From an uncultured Actinomycetes bacterium (GTDB lineage: Bacteria; Actinomycetota; Actinomycetes; Streptosporangiales; Streptosporangiaceae), in contig CAVYEG010000017.1 of NCBI GenBank assembly GCA_963767565.1, positions 27,400-91,399 on the forward strand: DNA of 64,000 nucleotides, written 5' to 3'. Of this stretch, positions 8,196 to 17,771 are shown one piece after another (within the stretch, counting starts at the first letter, position 1; every line of letters begins with the position of its first letter). The position numbers and the translations under genes were made by a program. A model generated the notes under the pieces. That model was not told the origin of the DNA. It was given only the letters and a program-made list of their open reading frames with translations, and ran no database searches.

Positions 8196-10430
8196 TCAGG
8201 CCTCGCCCATGTTCTGCAGGCTCTGCCGGACGGCCTGGCTCAGCGGGTCCCCGTACGGCAGGACACGCTCGCAGCGCGCCCCCGCCGCACGCAGCACCGC
8301 GAGCGCGTCACCCATCCGTCCCACCGTGTAGTACAGGTGCGCCAGGTTCACCAGGCGGACCAGCGTGTCGGGGTGGTCAGGTCCCAGCACCCGCTCCGAG
8401 TCCGTGCAGCATCGTTCGGCGTACTGCATCGCGGCGGGCATCCGGCCGGCGGCCCGGCAGGCGGCGGACAGGCCGGCGGCGGTCGCGATGGTGTCCGGAT
8501 GGTCACATCCCAGCACCTTCTCGCGGTCGGACATGGCCCGCTTGTAGTGCGAGATGGCGTCCTTGATCTTGCCTTCGGCCAGGCATACCCCGGCGAGCCG
8601 GTCCCTGGTGGCCATGGTCAGCACGTCTCGCGGTCCGTGCAGCCGGTCGCGATCGGCCAGGCTGCGCGCCAGCAGCCGGTCCGCCGCCAGGTAGTCGCCC
8701 GCGGCCTGGTAGGCCGCGGCCAGCTCGTCCCGGGCGCTGAGGATCTCCGGGTGCGCGTACCCCTGGGACTGCTCATACTCACTGACCACGCGGACCATAA
8801 CGGTTACCGCATCCGCGGGCTCGCCGGCCCGGACCAGGGACCGGGCCAGGCTGATCCGGGCGGCCATGATCGCGGCATGCCCGGGTGCCAGCTCCCGGGT
8901 CCGGTCGGCCAGCACCCGCTGGTACCAGCGGACCGCCTCGTCGGCGCTCCCCGCGGCCAGCTGGGCGGCGGCCAGATGGTCGGCGACCACCAGCGCGTCC
9001 GGGTGGCCGGGGGGCAGCTTGGCGTCGCAGCGCGCGGCCAGGTCCTGCCAGAAATCGGCGGCCGGCCCGGTCAGGCGGGCGTCGTCCAGGCTCCGGCCCA
9101 CCCGCAGCAACAGCGGATGGCAGCCGTCGGCCCACAGTGAATCCAGGGCCGAGTCCTGCAGGCAGGCCGCGCTGGAGCGCAGGCCGGCCGCCGCCCACGG
9201 CGGGTCCTCCGCAGCCGGCCACACCTCGAGCAGCGCGCTGGCCGCCGCGGCCGCCGCGGGCTCCTGGAACTCGGCGGGCGCGGCCAGCTTGATCGCCGTC
9301 TGCAGGACCGAGCTCATCAGCACGGCCGGCGGCGTGACCTCGCGGTTGATGGTGATCAGGCCGGACCGCTCCAAGGTGAGCAGCACGTCCCACACCCGCC
9401 TGGGATCGGCGGCGGCCGAGAACGGCGTGGCCGCGCCGCCCAGGTAGTCCAGCACGGCCGGCGCGCCGAACACGGCACCCGGAATGCCATGTCCGTCAAG
9501 CAGGGCGAGGAACACCAGCATGAGCCGGACGGCCTGCCCCGGCAGCAGCGATTCGGCCCGCTCCAGGCACACGATCCAGGTCACCATGGCCGAGGACGGG
9601 ATTTCGCCGGAGCCGGTCCAGATCTCGTCCCGCCGCTGGACGAACAGTTCGCGGTAGTCCCGGCAGGTCAGGTTGGAGCTGGCCACCACCGCGGCGGCCT
9701 GGCCGAGGGCCAGCGGCTCGCAGCCGAGGGTCTCGACCAGGTCGATGGCCCCCTGGCGCTGGACCGGGTTGGCGCTGACCCGTTCGGATAGTCCGTTCAG
9801 CGCCTCGCGGGTGCTGAAGAACCCGACCGGGATGACCCGCGCGCCGCGGCGGGCCAGGGCCTGAGCCGTCCCCGAGCTGGTGGCCAGCACCCGGCCGGCC
9901 CGCCCCTCGGGCCACAGCCCGGTCAGGTCCACGTCGTCCGGCACGTCGTCGAAGACCACCAGCCAGGGCTGCCTGGTCTCGCCCAGCCAGCTGACGAAGC
10001 GGGCCGCCACCGCGTCGGCCGGGCCGGCCGGCTCGAGGCCGGTAGCCGCCACGGAGGCCTGCACCAGCCCGGACAGGACCGCGGCCCGGTTGGTCACCGC
10101 GATCCAGATCAGCCCGTCAATGGTGCCTGATCGCCACAATGCCTCCGCGATCATCACGGCGGTCTGGGTCTTGCCGGCCGCGGCTGGCCAGTTCGGCAGG
10201 ATCTCGGCCACGGCCGGGTCCGGCACCAGCGCCATGGCCGAGCCGGGGATCAAGGCGTCGGCCAGGCCACCTGCGGTATCGGGCCGGTCGGTGCAGCCGT
10301 CGGTGAGCGGGGGCACCGCTCCGACGCGGAATCGCCGCGCGATCAGCCGGCCTTCCCGCAGGGCCCCACCCCCCGCCACCTTCATCGACGCTGCCATGCC
10401 GCGAACTCGCCTCTCACCATCTAATAACAC
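8196..10430 (-). CDS. STAND NTPase: NB-ARC domain plus C-terminal TPR array (paralog A)
   Basis: Walker A AAAGKTQTAV and Walker B WLVVFDDV, followed by repeated TPR_12-like units (HPDTL/HPDTIATAAGLS..., YYTVGRMGDA). Only about 70 aa precede the P-loop. Confidence 0.8.
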   Translation of the reverse strand: MLLDGERRVRGMAASMKVAGGGALREGRLIARRFRVGAVPPLTDGCTDRPDTAGGLADALIPGSAMALVPDPAVAEILPNWPAAAGKTQTAVMIAEALWRSGTIDGLIWIAVTNRAAVLSGLVQASVAATGLEPAGPADAVAARFVSWLGETRQPWLVVFDDVPDDVDLTGLWPEGRAGRVLATSSGTAQALARRGARVIPVGFFSTREALNGLSERVSANPVQRQGAIDLVETLGCEPLALGQAAAVVASSNLTCRDYRELFVQRRDEIWTGSGEIPSSAMVTWIVCLERAESLLPGQAVRLMLVFLALLDGHGIPGAVFGAPAVLDYLGGAATPFSAAADPRRVWDVLLTLERSGLITINREVTPPAVLMSSVLQTAIKLAAPAEFQEPAAAAAASALLEVWPAAEDPPWAAAGLRSSAACLQDSALDSLWADGCHPLLLRVGRSLDDARLTGPAADFWQDLAARCDAKLPPGHPDALVVADHLAAAQLAAGSADEAVRWYQRVLADRTRELAPGHAAIMAARISLARSLVRAGEPADAVTVMVRVVSEYEQSQGYAHPEILSARDELAAAYQAAGDYLAADRLLARSLADRDRLHGPRDVLTMATRDRLAGVCLAEGKIKDAISHYKRAMSDREKVLGCDHPDTIATAAGLSAACRAAGRMPAAMQYAERCCTDSERVLGPDHPDTLVRLVNLAHLYYTVGRMGDALAVLRAAGARCERVLPYGDPLSQAVRQSLQNMGEA

Positions 10431-10612
10431 GTAAGAGTTCCGCCCGGAGAGCTTTGCTAATATCAGGATGTTTTATGACATTAAGTCCCGTGCCTGCGCA
10501 TGGAGGGCGGACATCATCTCCTCGTGACCTGCGCATGCGCGACCCGCATATCGTACTAAATACGGATCAATATCCTCTTTATTCTCATTAGCTGTCAGCA
10601 GTCACCGCGCAC

Positions 10613-12838
10613 TCAGGCATCGCCCGCGATGCTCATCAGGCCCTGGCGGGCGGTCTGGGTCAGCGGATCTCCGTAGGGCAGGACTCGCTCGCAGCGGGCG
10701 AGCGTATCGCGGAGCGCGCCCTGGGCGTCGCCCACCCGGCCGACGGTGTAATACAGCATGGCCAGGCGCGCCCGGCGGGCCAGTGTATCGGCGTGATCGG
10801 CACCGAGGATCCGGCTGGAATCGGCGCAGGCCTGCTCGGCCAACTGCACCGCCGACGGCATCCGGCCCGCCGCGTGATAGGCACGGGCCAGGCTGGCCCG
10901 GGTGGCGATGGTATCCGGATGGTCGCGGCCGAGCACGCGCTCGCGGTCGGCCAGCACGCCCTTGTAACCGGAGATGGCGGCCTTGGCCTTGCCGGCGGCC
11001 AGCTGGGCCGCGGCGAGATGGTCGCGGGTGGTGATGGTGTGCACGTCGCGGGAGCCGTGCAGCCGCTCCCGCTCGGACAGGGTCTGGGTCAGCAGCCCGA
11101 TCGCCGCCGGGAAGTCGCCTGCCGCCTCGTAGGCCCGGGCCAGCTCGTCCCGGACCGCGAGGGTACCGGGGTGACCCGGCCCGCGGAACTGCTCGGATTC
11201 GGCCACGGCCCGGCGCAGCACGGTCACCGCGCCGCCGGCCTCGCCCGCGGCGATCATCGCCTCGGCCAGGCTGACCCGGGCCCCGATGATGGCCGGGTGC
11301 CCGGGGGCGAGATCCACGCTGCGCTCGGCCAGGACCCGCTGGTACCAGGTGACCGCCTCGGCGCCGTACCCGGCCGCCAGGTACGCGCCGGCCACCTGGG
11401 CGGCGACGACCAGCGCGTCGGGATGCTCGGGCGGCAGCTTGTTGTCGCAGCGGACGGACAGCTCACGCCAGTACTCCACGGCCGGCCCGGCCAGGCGGGC
11501 GCGGTCCAGGCTACGCCCGGCGCGCAGCAGCAGCGGGTGGCAGCCGTGGGCCCACAAGATGTCGGTGGCCGCGCCCTGCAAGCTGGCCGCGTTGGCGCGC
11601 AGGACGGCCGCGGTCCACGGCTCGGGCTCGTCTTCAGGCCACGCCTCGAGCAGCGCGGCGGCCGCCGTCCGGGCGGCCCGGTCGCGCAACGGCGCGGGGG
11701 CGGCCAGCCTGATCGCGGCGGCCACCACCGGGCTCATCAGGATGCTGGGTGCCTCGGACCGGCTGATGGTGATCAGCCCGGCCCGCTCGATGGCCAGCAG
11801 CGCATCGCGGGCAGGCTTGGCGTCGACCGGGGTGCCGAACCCGACCGCGGTGCCGCCTAGGTAGACGCTGACCGCCTGGGTGCCGAACAGCGCGCCGGGG
11901 ATCCCGTGGCCATCCAGCAGGGCGAGCAGGACCAGCATGAACCGGACCGACTGGCCGCTCAGCAGCACCTCGGCCTGGCCGAGCGACAGCGTCCAGGTCA
12001 CCGAAGCGGCCGAGGGGACCTCGCCCGCCGCTACCCCGATCTGCTGGCGCCGCCGGGCGAAATAATCACGGTAATCCCGGCAGGCGAGCGTCGAGTTGGC
12101 GATCACCGCGGCGGCCTGGGCCAGCGCCAGCGGCTCCCGGCCGAGCGCCTCGATCAGGTCGATGGCGCCCTGGCGCTGGGACGGGTTGACGCTGAGCCGT
12201 TCGGTCAGGCAGCCGAGGGCCTCGCGGACGCTGAACAAGCCGACCGGGAAGACCCGGGTCCGGTGCCGGCTGGCCGCGACAGTCGACTGCGTGCTGGTGA
12301 TCAGGAGCCGGCCGGCCGGGCCTTCGGGCCAGAGCCCGTCCAGCTCGTCTACGGTCGCGAGGTCATCGAGCACGATCAGCCACCGCTGCGGAGTTTCGGC
12401 CAGCCAGCTGACGAAGCGGGCGGCGACCGACTCGGCCGTCCCGGTGGGCTCGATGCCGGTGGCCGCCACCCAGGCCTCGACGTATCCGGACAGCACCGCG
12501 GCCCGGCTGGTGGCGGAGATCCAGATCACCGCTTCGACGGCGCCGGACCGCCACAGCGTCTCGGCCAGCATCACCGCGATCTGTGTCTTGCCCGACGGGC
12601 CCAGCCAGTTCTGCTTGCCCTCGGCGAACTCCGAGCCGGGCACCAGCGCTATGGTCGAGCCCGGGACCAGAGCGTCCAGGATGCCGCGCGCGGTATCGGG
12701 CCGGTCGCTGAATCCCTCGGCCAGCGGCGGCATCGTGCCCACGCGGAACCGGACTGATTGCTCAGTCGGTGCTCCTGCTGAGGGCACAGCCCGCAACTCC
12801 CATCTATGCTGTTGTGCCGAAACCTCCTCGGAACGCAC
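10613..12838 (-). CDS. STAND NTPase: NB-ARC domain plus C-terminal TPR array (paralog B); GTG start
   Basis: Collinear with paralog A: FRVG..PPL..G..DRPDTA, GPSGKTQIAV, WLIVLDDL, and the ending RVLPYGDPLTQTARQGL. Confidence 0.8.
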   Translation of the reverse strand: MRSEEVSAQQHRWELRAVPSAGAPTEQSVRFRVGTMPPLAEGFSDRPDTARGILDALVPGSTIALVPGSEFAEGKQNWLGPSGKTQIAVMLAETLWRSGAVEAVIWISATSRAAVLSGYVEAWVAATGIEPTGTAESVAARFVSWLAETPQRWLIVLDDLATVDELDGLWPEGPAGRLLITSTQSTVAASRHRTRVFPVGLFSVREALGCLTERLSVNPSQRQGAIDLIEALGREPLALAQAAAVIANSTLACRDYRDYFARRRQQIGVAAGEVPSAASVTWTLSLGQAEVLLSGQSVRFMLVLLALLDGHGIPGALFGTQAVSVYLGGTAVGFGTPVDAKPARDALLAIERAGLITISRSEAPSILMSPVVAAAIRLAAPAPLRDRAARTAAAALLEAWPEDEPEPWTAAVLRANAASLQGAATDILWAHGCHPLLLRAGRSLDRARLAGPAVEYWRELSVRCDNKLPPEHPDALVVAAQVAGAYLAAGYGAEAVTWYQRVLAERSVDLAPGHPAIIGARVSLAEAMIAAGEAGGAVTVLRRAVAESEQFRGPGHPGTLAVRDELARAYEAAGDFPAAIGLLTQTLSERERLHGSRDVHTITTRDHLAAAQLAAGKAKAAISGYKGVLADRERVLGRDHPDTIATRASLARAYHAAGRMPSAVQLAEQACADSSRILGADHADTLARRARLAMLYYTVGRVGDAQGALRDTLARCERVLPYGDPLTQTARQGLMSIAGDA

Positions 12839-13043
12839 ACCAGTAACACGGGAGGTTCAGGCACGGGGAGCCTGCTCCGTAACGGGATCCCGCTGACACC
12901 ATTATGCACGTGCAACGAGCCAGTGCGCACGGTCACGCAGCGCACCAATTTCCGCGGGGCCGCGAGCTGATACGCGAGCGTAATCAGCGGATTGCGCTGT
13001 GCTTTCGGCCCGCGCGCGCCATGGCCCGTTCCGTAAAAATGTT

Positions 13044-14261
13044 CTATCGCCCCGAATCGGCGACCGAAGCGAGCAGAGCGGCCCGGGCCTGGTCGACGGC
13101 GGCCAGCATGGCGCCGCGCAGCACGGGCTCGCCGGGTACGCCGGTCGGTACCACACGCGGCCGGGCGGGACAGATGCGGGCGACGCCGGCCGCCACCCGG
13201 GAGGCCAGGGCCGCTCCCCCGGTCCGGCCGACCTCGCCGCCCAGCACGACCAGGCCCGGGTCGAGCACGACGCAGACCGAGGCCACGCCGACCGCGACGC
13301 GCTCGGCGAGCTCATCGAGGAAGGCCGCGGCCGCGGCGGACCCGCCGGTCACGGCGGCCTGCACGGCGTCGGCGGCGGTGGGCGCCTCGAAGCCGTGCCG
13401 GGCGGCCAGCGCGCGCACCGCGGCGCCGTCGGCCAGCAGCTGGAATCCGCCGCTGTGCGGGAGCGTGATGTCGGTGTGCAGCGGGGCGCCGTGCACAGGC
13501 AGGTAGCCGATCTCGCCGGCCGCCCCGGCGGTGCCCCGGTGCAGCTGGCCGCCCAGCACGGTGGCCAGGCCCAGGCCGCCGCCCAGCCAGACCAGGACGA
13601 AGTCGTCGGCGCCGACGGCCGCGCCCGCGGCCCGCTCGGCCATCGCGGCCAGGTTCACGTCGTTCTCGATCAGCACCGGCTGGTGCAGCACGTCGCGCAG
13701 CGCGTCCAGCGCGCCCTCGTGCCACGCGGGCAGGTTCACCGCCAGCCGCGGGTCGCCGGTCCGCGGGTCGACCACGCCCGGACTGCCGATGACCAGCGCG
13801 CTCAGCCGGGTCATGTCGACCCCGGCGCTGGCGCAGGCCCGGTCGATCACGCCGCGGACCAGGTCGACCGGGGCGTCGGCACCACTGGGGTTGACGCTCA
13901 CATCGGCCACCCAGCGGCCGGTGACGTCGGCCACCGCGGCGCTGGCCAGGTCGGATTCCATGTAGAGGCCAGCCACGTAGGCGCTGGAGGGGACGACCGA
14001 GTACAGCGCGGCGTTCGGGCCGCGGTTGCCGGCCTGCTCCCCCACCACGGCCACCAGGCCGCGCTCTTCCAGCCGGGACAGCATCTGCGACACGGTGACC
14101 TTGGATACCCCGGTGTACTCGCTGATCTGGGACCTGGTCAGCATCTCGCCCCCGAGCAGCAGATCGAGGGCGGCCCGGTCGTTAAGCTCGCGTAGCAGGC
14201 TCGGGGTGCCCGGCCGACCGCGAGGTTCCTGGGGCGGCCGTGCCTGGAGTGGGTGCTGCAT
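13044..14261 (-). CDS. ROK family transcriptional regulator (NagC/XylR type)
   Basis: An N-terminal wHTH (LLRELNDRAALDLLL...LTRSQISEYTGVSKVTVSQMLSRLEERGLV) is followed by the ROK sugar-kinase fold (VIGSPGVVD, ENDVNLAA). Confidence 0.85.
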   Translation of the reverse strand: MQHPLQARPPQEPRGRPGTPSLLRELNDRAALDLLLGGEMLTRSQISEYTGVSKVTVSQMLSRLEERGLVAVVGEQAGNRGPNAALYSVVPSSAYVAGLYMESDLASAAVADVTGRWVADVSVNPSGADAPVDLVRGVIDRACASAGVDMTRLSALVIGSPGVVDPRTGDPRLAVNLPAWHEGALDALRDVLHQPVLIENDVNLAAMAERAAGAAVGADDFVLVWLGGGLGLATVLGGQLHRGTAGAAGEIGYLPVHGAPLHTDITLPHSGGFQLLADGAAVRALAARHGFEAPTAADAVQAAVTGGSAAAAAFLDELAERVAVGVASVCVVLDPGLVVLGGEVGRTGGAALASRVAAGVARICPARPRVVPTGVPGEPVLRGAMLAAVDQARAALLASVADSGR

Positions 14262-14462
14262 CGCGGTCCCTTCGCAGCGGGCGGCTTCGGTGGGGACCAG
14301 GCGGTCAGGCCAGGGAACCGGGCGGTCGGGCCACGAAAGCAGCTTTCGTCTCGATCTAGCAACGGGGGCTATCTTACAGGAAAGTTTCCTGTTAGTTTCT
14401 CTCTACAGCTCACCGTAACTCCACCCCTATATCACTTTGACCACCCGGAAGGAGTGCCAGCA

Positions 14463-15830
14463 GTGGGACTCAGGAAAACGCCGGCCGCGCTCCTCGCGTT
14501 CGGCACCGCGGCTGCGCTCGCGATCGCGGGCTGCAGCTCGAGCAGCTCGTCGACCGGTTCGTCGACATCATCGGCATCTTCGGCGGCCGCCCCAGCCCAG
14601 CTCACCGTCTGGCGGATGGGCGGCTCCGTGCCGTCCGAGGTCACCTGGATGAACGGTGTGATCACCCAGTTCCACAAGGATTACCCGCAGTACGCCAAGA
14701 CGCAGGTCAAGGTGGTCTGGGTGCCGTGGACCAGTCGCACCACCGACTGGAACGACGCGCTGACCAGCGGCAAGAACGGCCCTGACATCACCGAGCTCGG
14801 CAACACCGACACGCCCACCGAGTCCAACCTGGGCGTGCTGGACAACATCAGCAGCTACGTCAACTCGTGGTCGGCCAAGCCCAACCTGGTCACCGGCATG
14901 CTGGCGAACGACACGCAGAACGGCAGCCTGTACGCGGTGCCGTGGTTCGGCGGCGTGCGCGCCGTGTGGTACCGCACCGACCAGTTCAAGGCGGCCGGCA
15001 TTTCCAGCCCGCCGACTACGTGGGCGCAGCTGGCCACCGACGCGCAGAAGCTGATGGCCAAGTACCCCGGTACCTACGGCTTCGACGCCATCACCGACGA
15101 CACCAACGCCTTCGCCAGCTTCGTCTGGGGCGCCGGCGGCCAGCTCGCCACCGAGAGCAACGGCACCTGGACCGCGGACCTGACCTCCCCGGCGGACGAG
15201 GCGGCCATCAGGTTCTACGTGTCCCTCTACCGCACCGACCACCTGTCCCCGGCGAAGTACATCGGCCAGACCGAGCTCGGCAACACCGGCTCGACCTCCG
15301 GCGGCGCGAACACCGACTTCGGCCTGGGCAAGCTCGACCTGTACATCGACGGGCCGTGGGCCACGGCCACCATGCCGGCCAACTCGACGGACAAGTCCAA
15401 CTGGTCCTCCTTCCCGATCCCGAGCGAGAACGGCCCGAACCCGGCTCCGGTCTTCGCCGGCGGCTCCGACCTGGCCGTCTTCAAGACCAGCAAGTACCCG
15501 CAGGCCGACTGGGACCTGATCTCGGTCATGGACAACGAGCCGAACTCGACCTCGTTCGCGAACCTGCAGGGCTTCTTCCCGCCGTACAGCTCGCAGCTGA
15601 CCAACGGCCCGTACAAGACCGAGAAGTTCCTGGGCGGCTTCGCCACCGCCGCGAGCGACGCGCAGATCTCGCCGCTGAACGCGAAGAACTGGGCCACGGC
15701 CGACACCGGGCAGTACTTCATCGTTCCCGACATGCTCAAGGCCCTCATGAACGGGGCTGACTTCACCTCGACCGTGGCCAAGGCCAATTCCCAGCTCCAG
15801 GCCGTCCTGAACACCGGATCCGAGAGCTAG
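14463..15830 (+). CDS. Carbohydrate ABC transporter substrate-binding lipoprotein (chitobiose/GlcNAc-type by context)
   Basis: A GTG at 14463 follows GGAAGGAG. Signal peptide and lipobox ALAIAGC. Family-1 SBP pattern (VWRMGG..., YAVPWFGG, ADLTSPADEAA). The ORF upstream of 14463 overlaps the ROK gene start. Confidence 0.8.
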   Translation: MGLRKTPAALLAFGTAAALAIAGCSSSSSSTGSSTSSASSAAAPAQLTVWRMGGSVPSEVTWMNGVITQFHKDYPQYAKTQVKVVWVPWTSRTTDWNDALTSGKNGPDITELGNTDTPTESNLGVLDNISSYVNSWSAKPNLVTGMLANDTQNGSLYAVPWFGGVRAVWYRTDQFKAAGISSPPTTWAQLATDAQKLMAKYPGTYGFDAITDDTNAFASFVWGAGGQLATESNGTWTADLTSPADEAAIRFYVSLYRTDHLSPAKYIGQTELGNTGSTSGGANTDFGLGKLDLYIDGPWATATMPANSTDKSNWSSFPIPSENGPNPAPVFAGGSDLAVFKTSKYPQADWDLISVMDNEPNSTSFANLQGFFPPYSSQLTNGPYKTEKFLGGFATAASDAQISPLNAKNWATADTGQYFIVPDMLKALMNGADFTSTVAKANSQLQAVLNTGSES

Positions 15831-15872
15831 GCGGTCTAGTCTCCGCATGGTGAGAACCAGTCACCGTCCCGA

Positions 15873-15936
15873 GGGGGTACGGGGGGGCGCGCAGCCCCCC
15901 CGTGCTCAGGGGGGGTCTGGGGGGGATCGTCCCCCC
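15873..15936 (+). promoter_or_regulatory. Intercistronic G/C homopolymer element: two GC-only hairpins (G7-CGCGCAG-C7 and G7-ATCGT-C6) with extra G5 and G7 runs
   Basis: The runs are G5 15873-77, G7 15881-87, C7 15895-901, G7 15909-15, G7 15919-25 and C6 15931-36, indexed from ORF 15847. The element lies between the SBP stop (15830) and the likely permease start (GTG 15937). Confidence 0.5.
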
Positions 15937-16872
15937 GTGGCCAGCAGAGCCAAGGCCTGGGTCCGGCGGCACCGGATGGCTCCCTACCTGCTGGTCCTGC
16001 CGTCACTGGCGCTGATCGCCGCGCTGGTGATCTGGCCCACGGTGCAGATCGGCGAGTTCTCGTTCCAGAACTACGGGCTGCCGCAGCTGGCCGGGGCCGA
16101 GCCCGCGCAGTGGGTCGGCGTCAGCAACTACTCGCAGATCCTGCACGACCCTGAGTTCTGGCTGTCGCTGCGGCTGAGCGTGATCTCCGCCATCGTCATG
16201 GTCCCGCTGACGCTGCTGACCGGCACCCTGGTGGGCCTGCTGCTGAACCGGCTGGGCCGGAAGATGGCGGCCTTCGTGTCCTCGGTGGCCATGCTCGCCT
16301 GGGCCACGCCCGCGGTGTCGGCCAGCGTGATCTTCGTCTGGCTGGCCACGCCGGACGGCGGGGTGGTCGACTGGTTCCTGACCAAGGTGCCGTCCTGGCT
16401 GGGCGGCGGCGCGCACTGGGCGGGGTTCAGCTGGACGAACGCCGCGCTGCCGGCCTACACGCTGATCACCGCCCTGGTGGTCTGGACGAGCTTCCCGTTC
16501 ATCGCGGTCAGCGTGCTGGCCGGGCTGCGGACCATCCCGGCCGAGCTGCACGAGTCGGCCCGGTGCGACGGCGGCGGGCCGTGGCGCATCTTCTGGCTGG
16601 TCACCTACCCGCTGCTCAAGCCGATCTTCCTGGTACTGCTGCTGCTGTCGATCATCTGGGACTTCGGCGTGTTCACGCAGGTGTACATCATCATCGGCGA
16701 GCTCGGCCAGCGGGATGAATACAACCTCGGCATCTACGAGTACTCCAAGGCGTTCACGATGCCGCCGGCCTACGGCCTGGCCTCGGCGCTGGCCTTCATC
16801 CTGACCATCATCCTGCTCATCATCACGGTCGGCTACGTCCGGGCCTCGGTCAAGCAGGGGGCGATCCAATGA
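15937..16872 (+). CDS. Carbohydrate ABC transporter permease (MalF/UgpA-like)
   Basis: MAPYLLVLPSLALIAALVIWP and the EAA-like loop (ELHESARCDGGGPWRIFWLVTYPLLKP). The ORF opens at 15847, but its first 30 codons are the G/C-run element. In-frame GTG 15937 gives a typical basic N-terminus (VASRAKAWVRRHR). Confidence 0.8.
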   Translation: MASRAKAWVRRHRMAPYLLVLPSLALIAALVIWPTVQIGEFSFQNYGLPQLAGAEPAQWVGVSNYSQILHDPEFWLSLRLSVISAIVMVPLTLLTGTLVGLLLNRLGRKMAAFVSSVAMLAWATPAVSASVIFVWLATPDGGVVDWFLTKVPSWLGGGAHWAGFSWTNAALPAYTLITALVVWTSFPFIAVSVLAGLRTIPAELHESARCDGGGPWRIFWLVTYPLLKPIFLVLLLLSIIWDFGVFTQVYIIIGELGQRDEYNLGIYEYSKAFTMPPAYGLASALAFILTIILLIITVGYVRASVKQGAIQ

Positions 16873-17771
16873 CGATCCTGGCGGCACGCGCCGAGCGGTC
16901 CGGTTCCGGCCGGAAGCGGCGGCGGCTGCGGTCCCGCAGGGCGCGCCGGGCCGGGCTGAACCTGCTCGGGCTGCTCGTCGCGCTGGTCACGCTGTTCCCG
17001 ATCTTCTTCATGGTGTCCACCGCGTTCAAGCCGCCGACCGAGATCTACTCGCTGACCCCGCACCCGCTGCCCGCCCATCCCACCCTGTCGAACTTCCGCG
17101 CGGTCATCGACGGCAGCGTGATCGGCCTGCCGTACTGGAACTTCCTGAAGAACAGCCTGTTCGTGACGCTGGTCGCGGTCGCGGCGTCGTCGCTGGTCGC
17201 GCTGCTGGCCGCCGTCGCGGTAGCCCGGTTCAGGTTCCGGTTCCGCACCACCTACCTGATCATGCTGCTGATCGTCCAGATGCTGCCGCAGCAGGCGCTG
17301 GTCATCTCGCTGTACCTGGACTTCAGGACGCTGGGCCTGCTGGACAGCCTGATCGGGCTGATCGGTGTGTACACGACGTTCGCGCTGCCGGTAACCATCT
17401 GGATGCTGCGCAACTTCGTGGCGGCCGTGCCGCGCGAACTCGAGGAAGCCGCCGCGATCGACGGGGCCGGGCCGATGCGGATCTTCTGGAAGATCCTGCT
17501 GCCGCTGGTGGCCCCGGGGCTGGTCGCGACCAGCGTGTTCGCGTTCATCTTCGCCTACAACGAGTTCATCTTCGCGCTGACCTTCCTGAACGTCGACACC
17601 GCCAAGTTCACGCTGCCGCTGTACGTCCAGTACTTCTACGGCAGGAACGGCGCCCAGTGGGGACCGATCATGGCCGCCTCCACGCTGTTCACGATCCCGG
17701 TCATGGCTTTCTTCCTCCTCGTCCAGCGCCGCCTGTCCGGCGGCCTGCTCGCCGGGGCGGTGAAGGGGTGA
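16869..17771 (+). CDS. Carbohydrate ABC transporter permease (MalG/UgpE-like)
   Basis: EAA loop ELEEAAAIDGAGPMRIFWKILLPLVAPGL. The start overlaps the upstream stop (ATGA). Confidence 0.85.
   Translation: MTILAARAERSGSGRKRRRLRSRRARRAGLNLLGLLVALVTLFPIFFMVSTAFKPPTEIYSLTPHPLPAHPTLSNFRAVIDGSVIGLPYWNFLKNSLFVTLVAVAASSLVALLAAVAVARFRFRFRTTYLIMLLIVQMLPQQALVISLYLDFRTLGLLDSLIGLIGVYTTFALPVTIWMLRNFVAAVPRELEEAAAIDGAGPMRIFWKILLPLVAPGLVATSVFAFIFAYNEFIFALTFLNVDTAKFTLPLYVQYFYGRNGAQWGPIMAASTLFTIPVMAFFLLVQRRLSGGLLAGAVKG

Noticed and set aside
15847-15936. ATG 15847 as the start of the first permease gene.
   Set aside because: The first 30 codons would be encoded entirely by the G/C homopolymer hairpin element. 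In-frame GTG 15937 gives a typical short basic N-terminus before the first TM segment. This remains unproven.
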